From Promethearchaeota archaeon (GTDB lineage: Archaea; Asgardarchaeota; Lokiarchaeia; Sigyniarchaeales; SOKP01): a stretch of DNA of 64,000 bases. The stretch lies in the NCBI GenBank assembly GCA_019894975.1, contig JAGXNO010000006.1, positions 1-64,000 of the forward strand, given 5' to 3'. Positions 28,146 to 37,786 of this stretch are shown here, in pieces. The notes below the pieces were generated by a model. That model worked only from the letters and a program-made list of their open reading frames with translations, was not told the DNA's origin and ran no database searches. Position numbers and translations under genes: made by a program. How positions within the stretch are numbered: position 1 is the first letter of the stretch; each line of letters begins with the position of its first letter.

Positions 28146-28256
28146 TTGTTTTAAACACCTCTTTTTTAATCTTTAATTCTTGTAAACTTATATTTTTTTC
28201 AGCTCTCTAATAAAAATTTAAGATAAATTATAATTGATATTTAATTTTGATATCAT

Positions 28257-29129
28257 GTGATTGATCTTCACCTTCATTCAAACAATTCTGATGGCTTAGA
28301 CACCCCTTCTCAATTAATTAATAAAGCGATAGAGCTCAATCTTAAAGCAATTGCGTTAACTGATCATGATACAATTACAGGGTTAAGGGAATTTTTATCT
28401 TATGGGGAAGATAAAGATTTGATTGTTATACCAGGTGTGGAGTTTTCAATACAAGATGAACCCAACAGAGAATTAATAGACATACACATTATTGGATTAA
28501 ATATCGATGCTGATTCAACAAAATTAATAAATTCAATTCAAGATCAATTAAAAGGGAGATTAGAACAAAAAAAAGCAATATGTAGCCGATTAAGAAATGA
28601 ATTTGGATATGTTATCACATTTGAAGAAGTAAGAGAACTTGCAGTTAACAACCTAGTTGGTCGTCCTCATATTGTAGAAATTATGAAAAAAAATAATCCT
28701 TCAATGACCCAAGGAAAATCGAAAAATGACCTTTTTAAAATGATTAGTGTTGGTGGTGAAGCATTCGTGGAGAGAACGACGGAACTAAATTTTGAAGATT
28801 CTATCGATCTAATTAAGGCTGTTGGAGGTATTTCAATTTTAGCCCATCCTGGAATACATGATATATCAAACCATATTAGATTTATTGAATTTTGTGTGAA
28901 TGTTGGATTAGAAGGTATTGAAGTTGAATATCCCTATGCTAAGAATAGGCCTTATTATAACACTGATAAAGCAAAATGGGCACAAGAATATTTCCCAAGT
29001 TACTTTCGTAAAATAGCTGAGAAGTATAATTTAAAAAAGTCCGGAGGATCTGATTATCATGGAGGGGAAAAGGGAATAGAAATTGGAGAGGCACACGTTC
29101 CAGATAGGTATTTAAAGAATTTCATTTAA
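28257..29129 (+). CDS. PHP-domain phosphoesterase (TrpH/YciV-like)
   Basis: DLHLHS..SDG, TDHDT, GRPHI, AHP, GGSDYHG. Confidence 0.9.
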   Translation: MIDLHLHSNNSDGLDTPSQLINKAIELNLKAIALTDHDTITGLREFLSYGEDKDLIVIPGVEFSIQDEPNRELIDIHIIGLNIDADSTKLINSIQDQLKGRLEQKKAICSRLRNEFGYVITFEEVRELAVNNLVGRPHIVEIMKKNNPSMTQGKSKNDLFKMISVGGEAFVERTTELNFEDSIDLIKAVGGISILAHPGIHDISNHIRFIEFCVNVGLEGIEVEYPYAKNRPYYNTDKAKWAQEYFPSYFRKIAEKYNLKKSGGSDYHGGEKGIEIGEAHVPDRYLKNFI

Positions 29130-29170
29130 TTGAAGAATTAGCCTGTTATAATAAGATTTTTATCATCCAA

Positions 29171-30928
29171 TTAATCTTCTAAAAGTTTTTTTAATTCTTG
29201 AATTTGATCGTCAATCTTTTTCTCATATACGCTTATTTTACTCTTTTTCTCTAGTAATTCCTCTGAAGAAATCTCCCCATTAAGTTCTTTCATATCAAAT
29301 TCTAACGTCATCTTATATAGATCGGCTTTTTTTAATTTTAAGTCTATTATTGTTTTTTTCACATGTTCTCTCTGGTTTTTCTCTTGATTCTGTATCTCAT
29401 CTTTTTCAATAGAACCATCTGAAATTACATCTTTTGGTTTTTCAGTAGTTTTTAATAATTCAGATGGGGGGGATGGCTGTTGAATTTTTGGTTCTTCTCT
29501 ATTAATAAAAATTGGAGTAGTTTCAGTAGGTACATTCTTGACATGTCCATATGCGGATGTTGATAATTTGGATTTAGCATCCTTGGGTATATCTCCAATT
29601 CTTTTTGGTCTTATTTTTACCATAAAGTCTTCAGGATTTAATTGCAAACCATCATTCACGTTTTCAACATTTGGTGATTCTATATCAACGGGTTTCTGTG
29701 TATTTTCTGGTGATATTGGTGTTTGATGCTGTAGTGATTGTTCTTCGATTGGGCTTACGGGAGGAAGCCTAGGTTCTGGGGGCTTACTTTTTCCTGGTGT
29801 TTCAATTGAGGTTGGTGGCTTTGATGGTATTACTTTTTCAGTTCTATCTGTTTTTATTGGGAAAGCTGGAGTTGGTTGAGGGGCTCCTACTTGATCCAAC
29901 ATCATTTTAATTTTTTTTGATTTCTCAAAAAATTCCTTTCCTAGAGAGTCATCTCCTAATTCTATACATAAGTCACTAATTTTATCAAAGAGAAATGCTG
30001 CTTTTTCGAAATCAGCGCTTTTTAATGCACCAGTTGCTTCTTCTATAAATTTATCTCTCTCTAATAAAGGTTTTAATAATGGTGAAACCTCTGCGCTCAT
30101 CTCAAGAACATCAGCAATAATTTGAATCATTTTATCTCGATTGCCAGGATCTTTTGCAATCATGGAGTATGACTTCAAACCTAAGATTTTTTCAATTTGA
30201 GTAGGACTTGTGGCTCCTTTTAGATCTTGTTTGTTTCCAATTACCGCAGTGTGAGCATGTGGTGATTGTTCTTTTATCAATTCTAAAAAAAACTTACTTT
30301 TTTCAATATTTTCTAAGGTTGAATCAGTAATTAAAAGAACAGCATCGCTACCCTTTATAAAATTATTCCATAGATAGCTAAATTGTTCCTGTCCCGCAAA
30401 ATCCCATAAATGAAAATGTAGTTTTCCGATTCTTACAGTAGCTATATCACCGGTAATCGTAGGAACATGTTGTACTGGAATTTCTTCGGCCCTGATCAAT
30501 TTGGTAATAGTTGTCTTGCCAACCCCAGAAAAACCAATTAAAGATATTTTGGGACGGAGGTTTTTGTGAATTGAATCTACTATTGGATCAAAAACTTCGA
30601 AGGTTTTAGCGTCAAATCTATGTTGTAATATCTCTTCAAAAAAGTTAATAAATTCCTTCCTACATCTTACTAATTCCTTTTTAATATTGTCAAATTTATC
30701 TGTTAATCCTGTTACAAATAAAACTGTTAAACCTAAACTCTTTTGGGTAATATAAGACACTCTAAATTTGTAATAATCATGGAATTCTACCCTATCTTCT
30801 CCCCGAAAAGATTCATCTTCCATGATTTCGGCAACTAAATAATTTAAGGCTTCATGTTTTAAAGCCTTTCCAAAATGTCTGTAATACAGAAGTTCTTCTC
30901 CCTTATAAATGAAAACCTGTCGTAGTAT
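29171..30928 (-). CDS. Longin domain + Arf-like GTPase + Pro-rich linker + C-terminal helical hairpin; start extended to ATA at 30928
   Basis: 35 extra in-frame codons (ILRQVFIYKGEELLYYRHFGKAL...) above the ORF-track ATG at 30823; GFSGVGKT, PTI, WDFAGQ, NKQDL. Confidence 0.85.
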   Translation of the reverse strand: MLRQVFIYKGEELLYYRHFGKALKHEALNYLVAEIMEDESFRGEDRVEFHDYYKFRVSYITQKSLGLTVLFVTGLTDKFDNIKKELVRCRKEFINFFEEILQHRFDAKTFEVFDPIVDSIHKNLRPKISLIGFSGVGKTTITKLIRAEEIPVQHVPTITGDIATVRIGKLHFHLWDFAGQEQFSYLWNNFIKGSDAVLLITDSTLENIEKSKFFLELIKEQSPHAHTAVIGNKQDLKGATSPTQIEKILGLKSYSMIAKDPGNRDKMIQIIADVLEMSAEVSPLLKPLLERDKFIEEATGALKSADFEKAAFLFDKISDLCIELGDDSLGKEFFEKSKKIKMMLDQVGAPQPTPAFPIKTDRTEKVIPSKPPTSIETPGKSKPPEPRLPPVSPIEEQSLQHQTPISPENTQKPVDIESPNVENVNDGLQLNPEDFMVKIRPKRIGDIPKDAKSKLSTSAYGHVKNVPTETTPIFINREEPKIQQPSPPSELLKTTEKPKDVISDGSIEKDEIQNQEKNQREHVKKTIIDLKLKKADLYKMTLEFDMKELNGEISSEELLEKKSKISVYEKKIDDQIQELKKLLED

Positions 30929-30934
30929 GTTTTT

Positions 30935-30939
30935 TCACC
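30935..30939 (-). promoter_or_regulatory. Shine-Dalgarno GGTGA upstream of the ATA start of the longin-GTPase gene
   Basis: TGGTGAAAAAAC-ATA-CTA-CGA on the minus strand; 6-nt spacer. Confidence 0.55.
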
Positions 30940-30967
30940 AATGGAACATAATTTTCTAATTCTATGA

Positions 30968-31459
30968 TTAACTTGAGACGTGTTTTACAAGATCCTTTAT
31001 AATTGAATATTTGTCTTTCTTTATTTCTCCTTGTTTTATGGTATCTTTTATTTTCATTAATTCTTTGGAAAAATTAAAGACGGAGAAATCTTTTACTCCT
31101 TCATCTATAGTATTCTCGCTTAATTTTTTTAAAAAAACACTAATACTAGGCATAAATTTCGCTAAGTTAACATTTAGATCTAATTTGGAAATCAAAATTA
31201 ATTTCTCAGCAAAGGAAAATAGATAATTATTTTCTTGAGCTTCAAGGGCAAAGGAGTTAATCTGTTTTAAATTTAACTCTTTCGCGATCTCTTTTGAATT
31301 TGAAATCAGTGATAGAATTTTTTGAGGTATAACTTTACCTTTAGAAAATTCTTTAATTTTAGTACCCAATATGATACCATACTTATTTGCTATAGCACAT
31401 TCAGCATTTAAATCCGATTTCAATTGTGTGATAATTTCCTCGTAATTAATTTGACTCAT
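30968..31459 (-). CDS. Roadblock/LC7-like (profilin-fold) protein
   Basis: IITQLKSDLNAECAIANKYGIILGT, three short beta strands and a C-terminal helix; co-directional with the GTPase gene. Confidence 0.55.
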   Translation of the reverse strand: MSQINYEEIITQLKSDLNAECAIANKYGIILGTKIKEFSKGKVIPQKILSLISNSKEIAKELNLKQINSFALEAQENNYLFSFAEKLILISKLDLNVNLAKFMPSISVFLKKLSENTIDEGVKDFSVFNFSKELMKIKDTIKQGEIKKDKYSIIKDLVKHVSS

Positions 31460-31570
31460 AATCTGGTATTAATAATTTTGAATAATTAATGATACCCAAT
31501 TTATTTATATTTATTTGTTATTAAACTCATTATATCATTTAGAAATTGACGAATTAAAAAGCTCCTCAAT

Positions 31571-32368
31571 TTGAAAGTATATAAAACTCATTTTTTAGAA
31601 AAAGAATCTGATATAACTATTATCTCAGAATCCAAAACTGCTATATTAAAAGCGAAGAATGTCTTTTATTTTCATAGGGGAAATTTAGAGAAGTATGTCT
31701 TGAAAAATGATCAATTTTTAACTTCCTTTTCTCCAATTAACGTTAATACAGAATTGAGAATTATTAAAATAATGGCTGTTGCCGCAGAATTATGTGATGT
31801 AGGTCCTATGGCTGCTGTTGCTGGAGCTTTAGCAGACCTCATGCTAGAAGTAATGATAAATCCGGATGAGAAGGAAGGATCTAACTACACCACCGCTAAA
31901 ATTGCTTTAGTTGAAAACGGAGGGGAATTAGCTATAGATTCTATTAAACCGATGAATGTTGCTCTTTTTGCAGGAAATAATGAGTTAAATCTGAATATTG
32001 GGTTTTTAATTGAAAAAAAGGATTGCCCAATAGGTATAGGAACAAGTTCTGCAACTGTTGGACACGCAATAAGTTTTGGACAAGCAGATGCTGTAACTAT
32101 CTTTGCAAAAAACGCAGCTCTCGCAGATGCAGCCGCAACAAAAGTAGCTAATGCTGTAAAAGGTGAAGACATCGAGAAATCAATTAAAGAAGGACTAGAT
32201 ATCGCTGATGATCTTGATGGTGTTATCGGTACTTTTATTAGTAGAGAAGATAAGATTGGTCAAGCTGGAAAACTTCCAAAATTGGTTAAAATTGAAGGAG
32301 ATAAGCGATATCTTTTACGAAAGAAGATAAATGATGAATATCTTGGAGACTTCGAAATTTTTAAATAA
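31571..32368 (+). CDS. UPF0280 / ApbE-like protein
   Basis: VGPMAAVAGALAD, VENGGE, TSSATVGHAISFGQADAVT, LADAAAT. Confidence 0.9.
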   Translation: MKVYKTHFLEKESDITIISESKTAILKAKNVFYFHRGNLEKYVLKNDQFLTSFSPINVNTELRIIKIMAVAAELCDVGPMAAVAGALADLMLEVMINPDEKEGSNYTTAKIALVENGGELAIDSIKPMNVALFAGNNELNLNIGFLIEKKDCPIGIGTSSATVGHAISFGQADAVTIFAKNAALADAAATKVANAVKGEDIEKSIKEGLDIADDLDGVIGTFISREDKIGQAGKLPKLVKIEGDKRYLLRKKINDEYLGDFEIFK

Positions 32369-34643
32369 CCCAAAAAATAGGCGTTTCAGCCCCACCCTCT
32401 GTTTTAGAAGAACAGATTTTATTCAAATAATTAAGACTGTAATATTCTTCTAACTCATCCTGAGACAATTGTCCAAACAGTTCAAAACCCTTATTTATTA
32501 TATAACTCTCTGCAAAAAGAAGATATACATCAGTGTTGTAATCTTCCTTAATTTGTGTTAAAATATTCGTCCCATTTTCGTCAAAGTGATTTTCTGGCAG
32601 GAATAAATCAATTTCATACTTAAGATTATAAAAATTTCCTTCATAGGCTAGTGTCCCATTTGTATCACCATTATAACTATAGTATTTAAACACATTATTC
32701 CAGCCGAATTCTGTAATTAAAACATTCTTATCTGAAGTGTTATTAGAATACCAATTTATCGAGCTAACATCTCTTCTCTTTAAAGTAAAAACATCAAAAC
32801 TAACAGATTGGTAAAAATAGCTGGTTAATAGTGAAAAGGTTACTATAAATAAAACCAGAATTTTCATCTTGGACGTATTTATTTTTCCTAATTTTATTAT
32901 TTTATAGATGTAAGAAATAAATCCAATTACAATTATAGGTGGAATCAAATACAAGATTCTTTGCCAAATTAAGTTGCTTAATATCAGTATATTAAATACA
33001 AATCCTACACCTAAGAGAATAAATAGTCCTAGTGCCCAAATGAATAATAGTTTTCCTTTAGGTTTCTTCTGGAATAATATTAGCCCCCATACAGCAAAAG
33101 CACTCAACATTATGATCTCAGAAATATAAAATATATTAGTTACTCCAATTTCTATCCACATTAAATCCACAATTAATAAGCAAATGGCAATTATTATCAA
33201 AATACTAAAAATAAAGGGAATAATTACTTTATCTTCAACTTTTTTAAAGTAAGGATAGCTCTTTCCTTTAATTACCGATTTAAACCTTCCCTTGGTGAAT
33301 TTAATAGATTTCTGTATTTTCCATAACAAAATCCCCCCAGCTATAGCTCCTACACCTCCAATTAAGAGTAAGTAATACCAAGAAAGACTAAGGGGGATAA
33401 AAAACCAATAGTGTCCACTTCCAATGCCGAAAATATTTAAAATCATAAAAATTCCCATCAAACCAACTGAGAAAATCAAATCGATTCCACGTTTATAATC
33501 CCTTAAGAAATAGATTAAATATAGCCATAAAAAGGAAAATAGAAAGATCATAGAAGTAATCACATGAGTTAATACAGCACTTATAAATATCAAGGAAATT
33601 AAACTATACATCATTAAGATATTTGAAAGGATTTCCTTTTTAGTCGGTCGTTCCAATTTAATGAAATTTTGTAACCTAATATAAAGAAGGAGAAAAATCG
33701 CTAAACATTTAATTAAAGCGGATCCTGAAGGCCAATACTGAAGCATCATGTTAGAAAATCCCAGAGATGAGAACTCAAGAATGAAAACACTAAAAAGAGC
33801 TAGACTTTTTCTTTTAAATATTCTTAGAGTGATTGAGTAAAAGATTATTGCAGAAAGGAAATAGGTATAGATTACAAAATATTTTGGAATGAGTAGATGA
33901 CTTACTCCCGAAAAGAAATTAATAACCGCACCGAAAATGCTAATTCCCATTGTGCTGTGATATCCATTAAGGGGGAGTATATTTTCTTCAGTTATAATTC
34001 TACTGTTAAGGATATGGAGCCATGGATCTGTTCCTACGAAAATACCAAATTTTATTATATTAAGAACACAAATTAAAGAGATAAAACCTACTAATAATAA
34101 TACATTCAGACTTATTTTATTTTTAAGGTATTCTAATATGGTAAACTGTTCTAATCTCTCAATTTTATTAACTTTTAGCTTTTTTGGTCTAATAAATATA
34201 TAGGTTTCATTTTTGAATTCATTGAATACAATATAGCACACAATGATGAAAAATGAGATTAATATCCCATAGAAGAAAAAAAATCCTGATAGTAAAATCC
34301 CTATCCAATATCCAAAATAGCCTAAAAAGATATAAAATGCTGAATTTAAGACAATTGTTAAACCTAATTTTTCAAAAGTTGTAAATCCTCCTTTCTTTAC
34401 AAGTACAAAAAGTAGGGGGTAAGTGGGTAAAAATAATATAATAAAAATTGAACTAAAAATAACAGCAAATTGAAATATTATTTCAAGAATAATAATATCT
34501 GATATCCCTATTATAATATCAAAATTAATTAATCTTAAGAAAACAAATGCTATAGAGATCAATGAAGTTAAGAAGAAAAAGAAATTGCTTCGAGAATAGA
34601 TTAGAAAGAGAATTCTATTAAAGCTTAATCTTCTTTGATTCAA
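32361..34643 (-). CDS. Polytopic GT-C-fold glycosyltransferase-like protein (AglB/STT3-like layout, no WWDxG)
   Basis: More than 15 TM segments, GTDPWLH loop motif, soluble C-terminal domain SINWYSNNTSDKNVLITEFGW. Confidence 0.6.
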   Translation of the reverse strand: MNQRRLSFNRILFLIYSRSNFFFFLTSLISIAFVFLRLINFDIIIGISDIIILEIIFQFAVIFSSIFIILFLPTYPLLFVLVKKGGFTTFEKLGLTIVLNSAFYIFLGYFGYWIGILLSGFFFFYGILISFFIIVCYIVFNEFKNETYIFIRPKKLKVNKIERLEQFTILEYLKNKISLNVLLLVGFISLICVLNIIKFGIFVGTDPWLHILNSRIITEENILPLNGYHSTMGISIFGAVINFFSGVSHLLIPKYFVIYTYFLSAIIFYSITLRIFKRKSLALFSVFILEFSSLGFSNMMLQYWPSGSALIKCLAIFLLLYIRLQNFIKLERPTKKEILSNILMMYSLISLIFISAVLTHVITSMIFLFSFLWLYLIYFLRDYKRGIDLIFSVGLMGIFMILNIFGIGSGHYWFFIPLSLSWYYLLLIGGVGAIAGGILLWKIQKSIKFTKGRFKSVIKGKSYPYFKKVEDKVIIPFIFSILIIIAICLLIVDLMWIEIGVTNIFYISEIIMLSAFAVWGLILFQKKPKGKLLFIWALGLFILLGVGFVFNILILSNLIWQRILYLIPPIIVIGFISYIYKIIKLGKINTSKMKILVLFIVTFSLLTSYFYQSVSFDVFTLKRRDVSSINWYSNNTSDKNVLITEFGWNNVFKYYSYNGDTNGTLAYEGNFYNLKYEIDLFLPENHFDENGTNILTQIKEDYNTDVYLLFAESYIINKGFELFGQLSQDELEEYYSLNYLNKICSSKTEGGAETPIFWVI

Positions 34644-34756
34644 TTATCAATTACCCTTTCAACAAATTTAATTCAAAAATTATCATAAAAAATCTCATAT
34701 CCTATAAAAATATTCATGTAACTGAAATTTTGAAAAACGCATTGAGATATAATCTT

Positions 34757-35893
34757 TCATTTTATTAGATTTTGCATGAACTCTTCCCTGTATTCTTTTA
34801 GAAGTTTTTCTGGTCTTTTTAAGTCTTTATTTTGAGACAAATTAATTTTAATATGGATCAAAATAGGGCCTTTTCCATTTTTAATATAATCCATGCAATT
34901 CAATAATTCTTTTCTCGATTGGATTAAAAAGACGGATTTATAATTACATGCTTTAGCAATTGCAGAAAAATCAATTTTAGGAGAATTTGTTGGTTGACCT
35001 CCTGTAGATTCATGAGCCTCATTATCAAAGATTACATGAACAAAGTTTGATGGAGAATTTTTACCAATTGTAGTAAAAGCACCCATTTGCATAATCACCG
35101 CACCATCACCATCAAATATTATTATTCTTCTGTTTGGTTTTTGGAGGGCTATACCCAACCCAATAGAACTGGCACATCCCATAGATCCAACATTATAAAA
35201 ACTTTTATTGTGATCTAACATTCTTGATACCCTATATCCATATAAGATTCTCGATATATAACCGGTTGTAGAAATTATTACTTCTGTATTATCCAAATTT
35301 TCCATTATCAGGTTAATTACATCCGTTGTAGTAAGTGAGTAATTATTTGATGAGTCCTTATTTATTTTATATTCTTCAAAGAAATTACGACGAAAGACAA
35401 AAGCATAAGGACCTTTATGTTTAGTTAGATAGCTTTTTGCTTTGATTAATTCTCTATCAATAGACTCTAGACTAGGATCTAAGATAACATAAGGAATCTG
35501 AAGTGTATCTAGTAATGGTAAGGTAACCATACCCATTTTCTTATGTTGGGGTGCATCATTTTTTCCGGGTTCTCCACGCCATCCAATCATCAGAAGAATT
35601 GGGATTGAATAAACTTCAGGGTCACATAATGAGGTAATAGGATTAACTGCTTTTCCAAGTCCTGAATTTTGTAGGTAGACAATCCCAATTTTATTTGTAG
35701 ATAAATGGTAACCCGTTGCTAAGGCAATAGCTTCACACTCATTACACGCTATAATATTATTAAGATTTATTGATTTATTTTCTGATAAAAATTTCATAAA
35801 TTCTTTAAAAGTCGAATCTGGGATTCCCGTAAAAAATGTAAATTCATATTTATTTAATGTATTAATAAAATCTCTACAGGATATCATATTCAT
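34757..35893 (-). CDS. aepY: Phosphonopyruvate decarboxylase
   Basis: FFTGIPDS, NECEAIALATGYHLST, QNSGLGKAVNP, IGWRGEPG..DAPQH, GSMGCASS, DGDGA, HESTGGQPT. Confidence 0.95.
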   Translation of the reverse strand: MNMISCRDFINTLNKYEFTFFTGIPDSTFKEFMKFLSENKSINLNNIIACNECEAIALATGYHLSTNKIGIVYLQNSGLGKAVNPITSLCDPEVYSIPILLMIGWRGEPGKNDAPQHKKMGMVTLPLLDTLQIPYVILDPSLESIDRELIKAKSYLTKHKGPYAFVFRRNFFEEYKINKDSSNNYSLTTTDVINLIMENLDNTEVIISTTGYISRILYGYRVSRMLDHNKSFYNVGSMGCASSIGLGIALQKPNRRIIIFDGDGAVIMQMGAFTTIGKNSPSNFVHVIFDNEAHESTGGQPTNSPKIDFSAIAKACNYKSVFLIQSRKELLNCMDYIKNGKGPILIHIKINLSQNKDLKRPEKLLKEYREEFMQNLIK

Positions 35894-35916
35894 TTATTTT
35901 AGTTTATATTCTATTT

Positions 35917-36627
35917 TTATTTATTTAGATAGTTTTTTACTCTTTCTAAATCTTCATGATCATCAATTTCAACACAAAATTCATTGTAATAACATGGTTT
36001 TAGGGTTAGTTCATCTAAAATTTCATTTAAGGCGTCTTCCGCATAACAATTTCGTTTATTATTTTTTATAAAGTTATCAATATGACCTAACCATTTCAGC
36101 ATAAATTCCTTTGATAATTTGTATATTGGGGCTAGAAAAGCAGTATTTTCCCCAAATAGATTTACTCCTATCTTATTTATTCTATCGTTTAAAATATATG
36201 CTTTAAAATCTTTTACTGGGGGGGGGATAATTCTATTTACTAACACACAATCCTCATACTTGGAATCTAATAATAGTTTGACTAAGTTTTGGGAGAATAT
36301 TAAATCCCCATGTGAATATAAAACATCGTCATTTATGATCTCCTTAGCTAAGTATAATGAATATATATAATTCGTTTTATCATATAGTGGATTGTTAACA
36401 TATTGAACGGTAATAAAGGGGTAATTTACCTTAATATGATCTTTAATTTTTTCCTCATGTGGGCCTGTAGGAATTATAAAATTGTTAAATCCAAGTTTGA
36501 TTATATTCCTGAGTTGATGATCTAAAATTGTTGTATTACCTTTTATTTTAATTAGACATTTTGGAGAATTATCTGTTAACGGTGCTAGCCTTTTACCAAT
36601 TCCTGCATTTAAAATTATAACTTTCAT
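35917..36627 (-). CDS. Phosphocholine/phosphonate cytidylyltransferase family (LicC/PntC-like)
   Basis: LNAGIGKRLAPLT..PKCL, NPLYDKTNYIYSL, HGDL, EIDDHEDL. Confidence 0.85.
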   Translation of the reverse strand: MKVIILNAGIGKRLAPLTDNSPKCLIKIKGNTTILDHQLRNIIKLGFNNFIIPTGPHEEKIKDHIKVNYPFITVQYVNNPLYDKTNYIYSLYLAKEIINDDVLYSHGDLIFSQNLVKLLLDSKYEDCVLVNRIIPPPVKDFKAYILNDRINKIGVNLFGENTAFLAPIYKLSKEFMLKWLGHIDNFIKNNKRNCYAEDALNEILDELTLKPCYYNEFCVEIDDHEDLERVKNYLNK

Positions 36628-37769
36628 CTAATTTCATTTATTATATTTTTTAGTTGATTTTCAGTCAATAAACGAGGATTATTTTTTACTCTCTCTGGAT
36701 TAAATCCATTTTTTATTATAATTTCAATTTCTTCTTGAGTAGATACTCCCAAATCGGAAAGTTTTGTTTCTAATCCTATTCTTTTTAAAATGTCATTCAA
36801 TTTTTCTTTAGCTTCAAGAAAGGACTTAGCACCTAGTAATGTGGTTAAATCAGCCATAATATTTTTTACGTAATCAAATCCCCGTGAATCTAGCACATCA
36901 TTTTCATTGACTTCTGAATTGAAAACAATCATCGAAGGTAAAGTCAAAACAACAGCATGACCATGAGGAACTTTAAAATACGAGGTAATTGGATAAGAAA
37001 TTGCATGACATGCAGTAGTTTTCGTTATATTTATTGCCTTACCGGCATAATTGGCAGCAATAGCCATATTATATCTAGAATTTTTATCCGGACCATGAAC
37101 TGCTTTGATTATATTTTCCATAACAAGTTTAATTGCTTTACTTGCATATTCCTTCGACTTCTCTGTAGAATTAACATTCCAATATGATTCTATTCCTTGA
37201 CTTAATGCGTCCATACCCGTGTAAGCAGTTATCCTTTTCGGAAGAGTATATGTCAATTCTGGATCTATAATAGCATAATCCGCGTGAATATATTTTTCAT
37301 CTGCTAATGAATATTTGGTATATCCATCAAAAATTACAGCAAAATGAGTTACCTCACTGCCAGTTCCTGCTGTTGTAGGGATAAGTATTAAAGGTGTAGG
37401 TTGATACTGTATTTTTTTCTTTTTTAAAAGAAAATCTTTAACATTACCCTCATTTTTAGAAAAAACAGCTAAACTTTTACCTATATCTAAAGCAGAACCC
37501 CCACCCATAGCGACAATTAAATCGAAATTACCTTTATTAAAAGAATTAAGTACCCTATTCACACCTTTAACTGTAGGAGTGGGTGATATCTCATCATAGT
37601 GAAATAATTGGCATTTTTTTTCAATTAAACCAAGAACTTTTTTTATATTTTTTTGGGTTAGTGTTGATTTCCCTGTAATGAAAAACACATTTTTGAAATT
37701 ATTTTCCATCAGTATTTTATGAAGAATTTTAATTGAACCGTTTCCAATAAACTCTTTCATATTTGTCAA
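36624..37769 (-). CDS. Phosphonoacetaldehyde reductase (group III Fe-alcohol dehydrogenase, PhpC/FomC-like)
   Basis: GGGSALD, PTTAGTGSE, DALSQ.IES.W, AINITKTT..HAISY, HGHAV, R..NNP; lies between pepM and aepY. Confidence 0.9.
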   Translation of the reverse strand: MTNMKEFIGNGSIKILHKILMENNFKNVFFITGKSTLTQKNIKKVLGLIEKKCQLFHYDEISPTPTVKGVNRVLNSFNKGNFDLIVAMGGGSALDIGKSLAVFSKNEGNVKDFLLKKKKIQYQPTPLILIPTTAGTGSEVTHFAVIFDGYTKYSLADEKYIHADYAIIDPELTYTLPKRITAYTGMDALSQGIESYWNVNSTEKSKEYASKAIKLVMENIIKAVHGPDKNSRYNMAIAANYAGKAINITKTTACHAISYPITSYFKVPHGHAVVLTLPSMIVFNSEVNENDVLDSRGFDYVKNIMADLTTLLGAKSFLEAKEKLNDILKRIGLETKLSDLGVSTQEEIEIIIKNGFNPERVKNNPRLLTENQLKNIINEIR

Positions 37770-37786
37770 TCACTTCATAGAATTAG

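Noticed and set aside
32361-34643. Calling this gene aglB
   Set aside because: The diagnostic WWDxG motif is absent.
3736-37769. Selenocysteine read-through at TGA-terminated genes (3736, 26736, 34757, 36624)
   Set aside because: Each protein is already full length for its family at the TGA, and none has a redox Cys position there.
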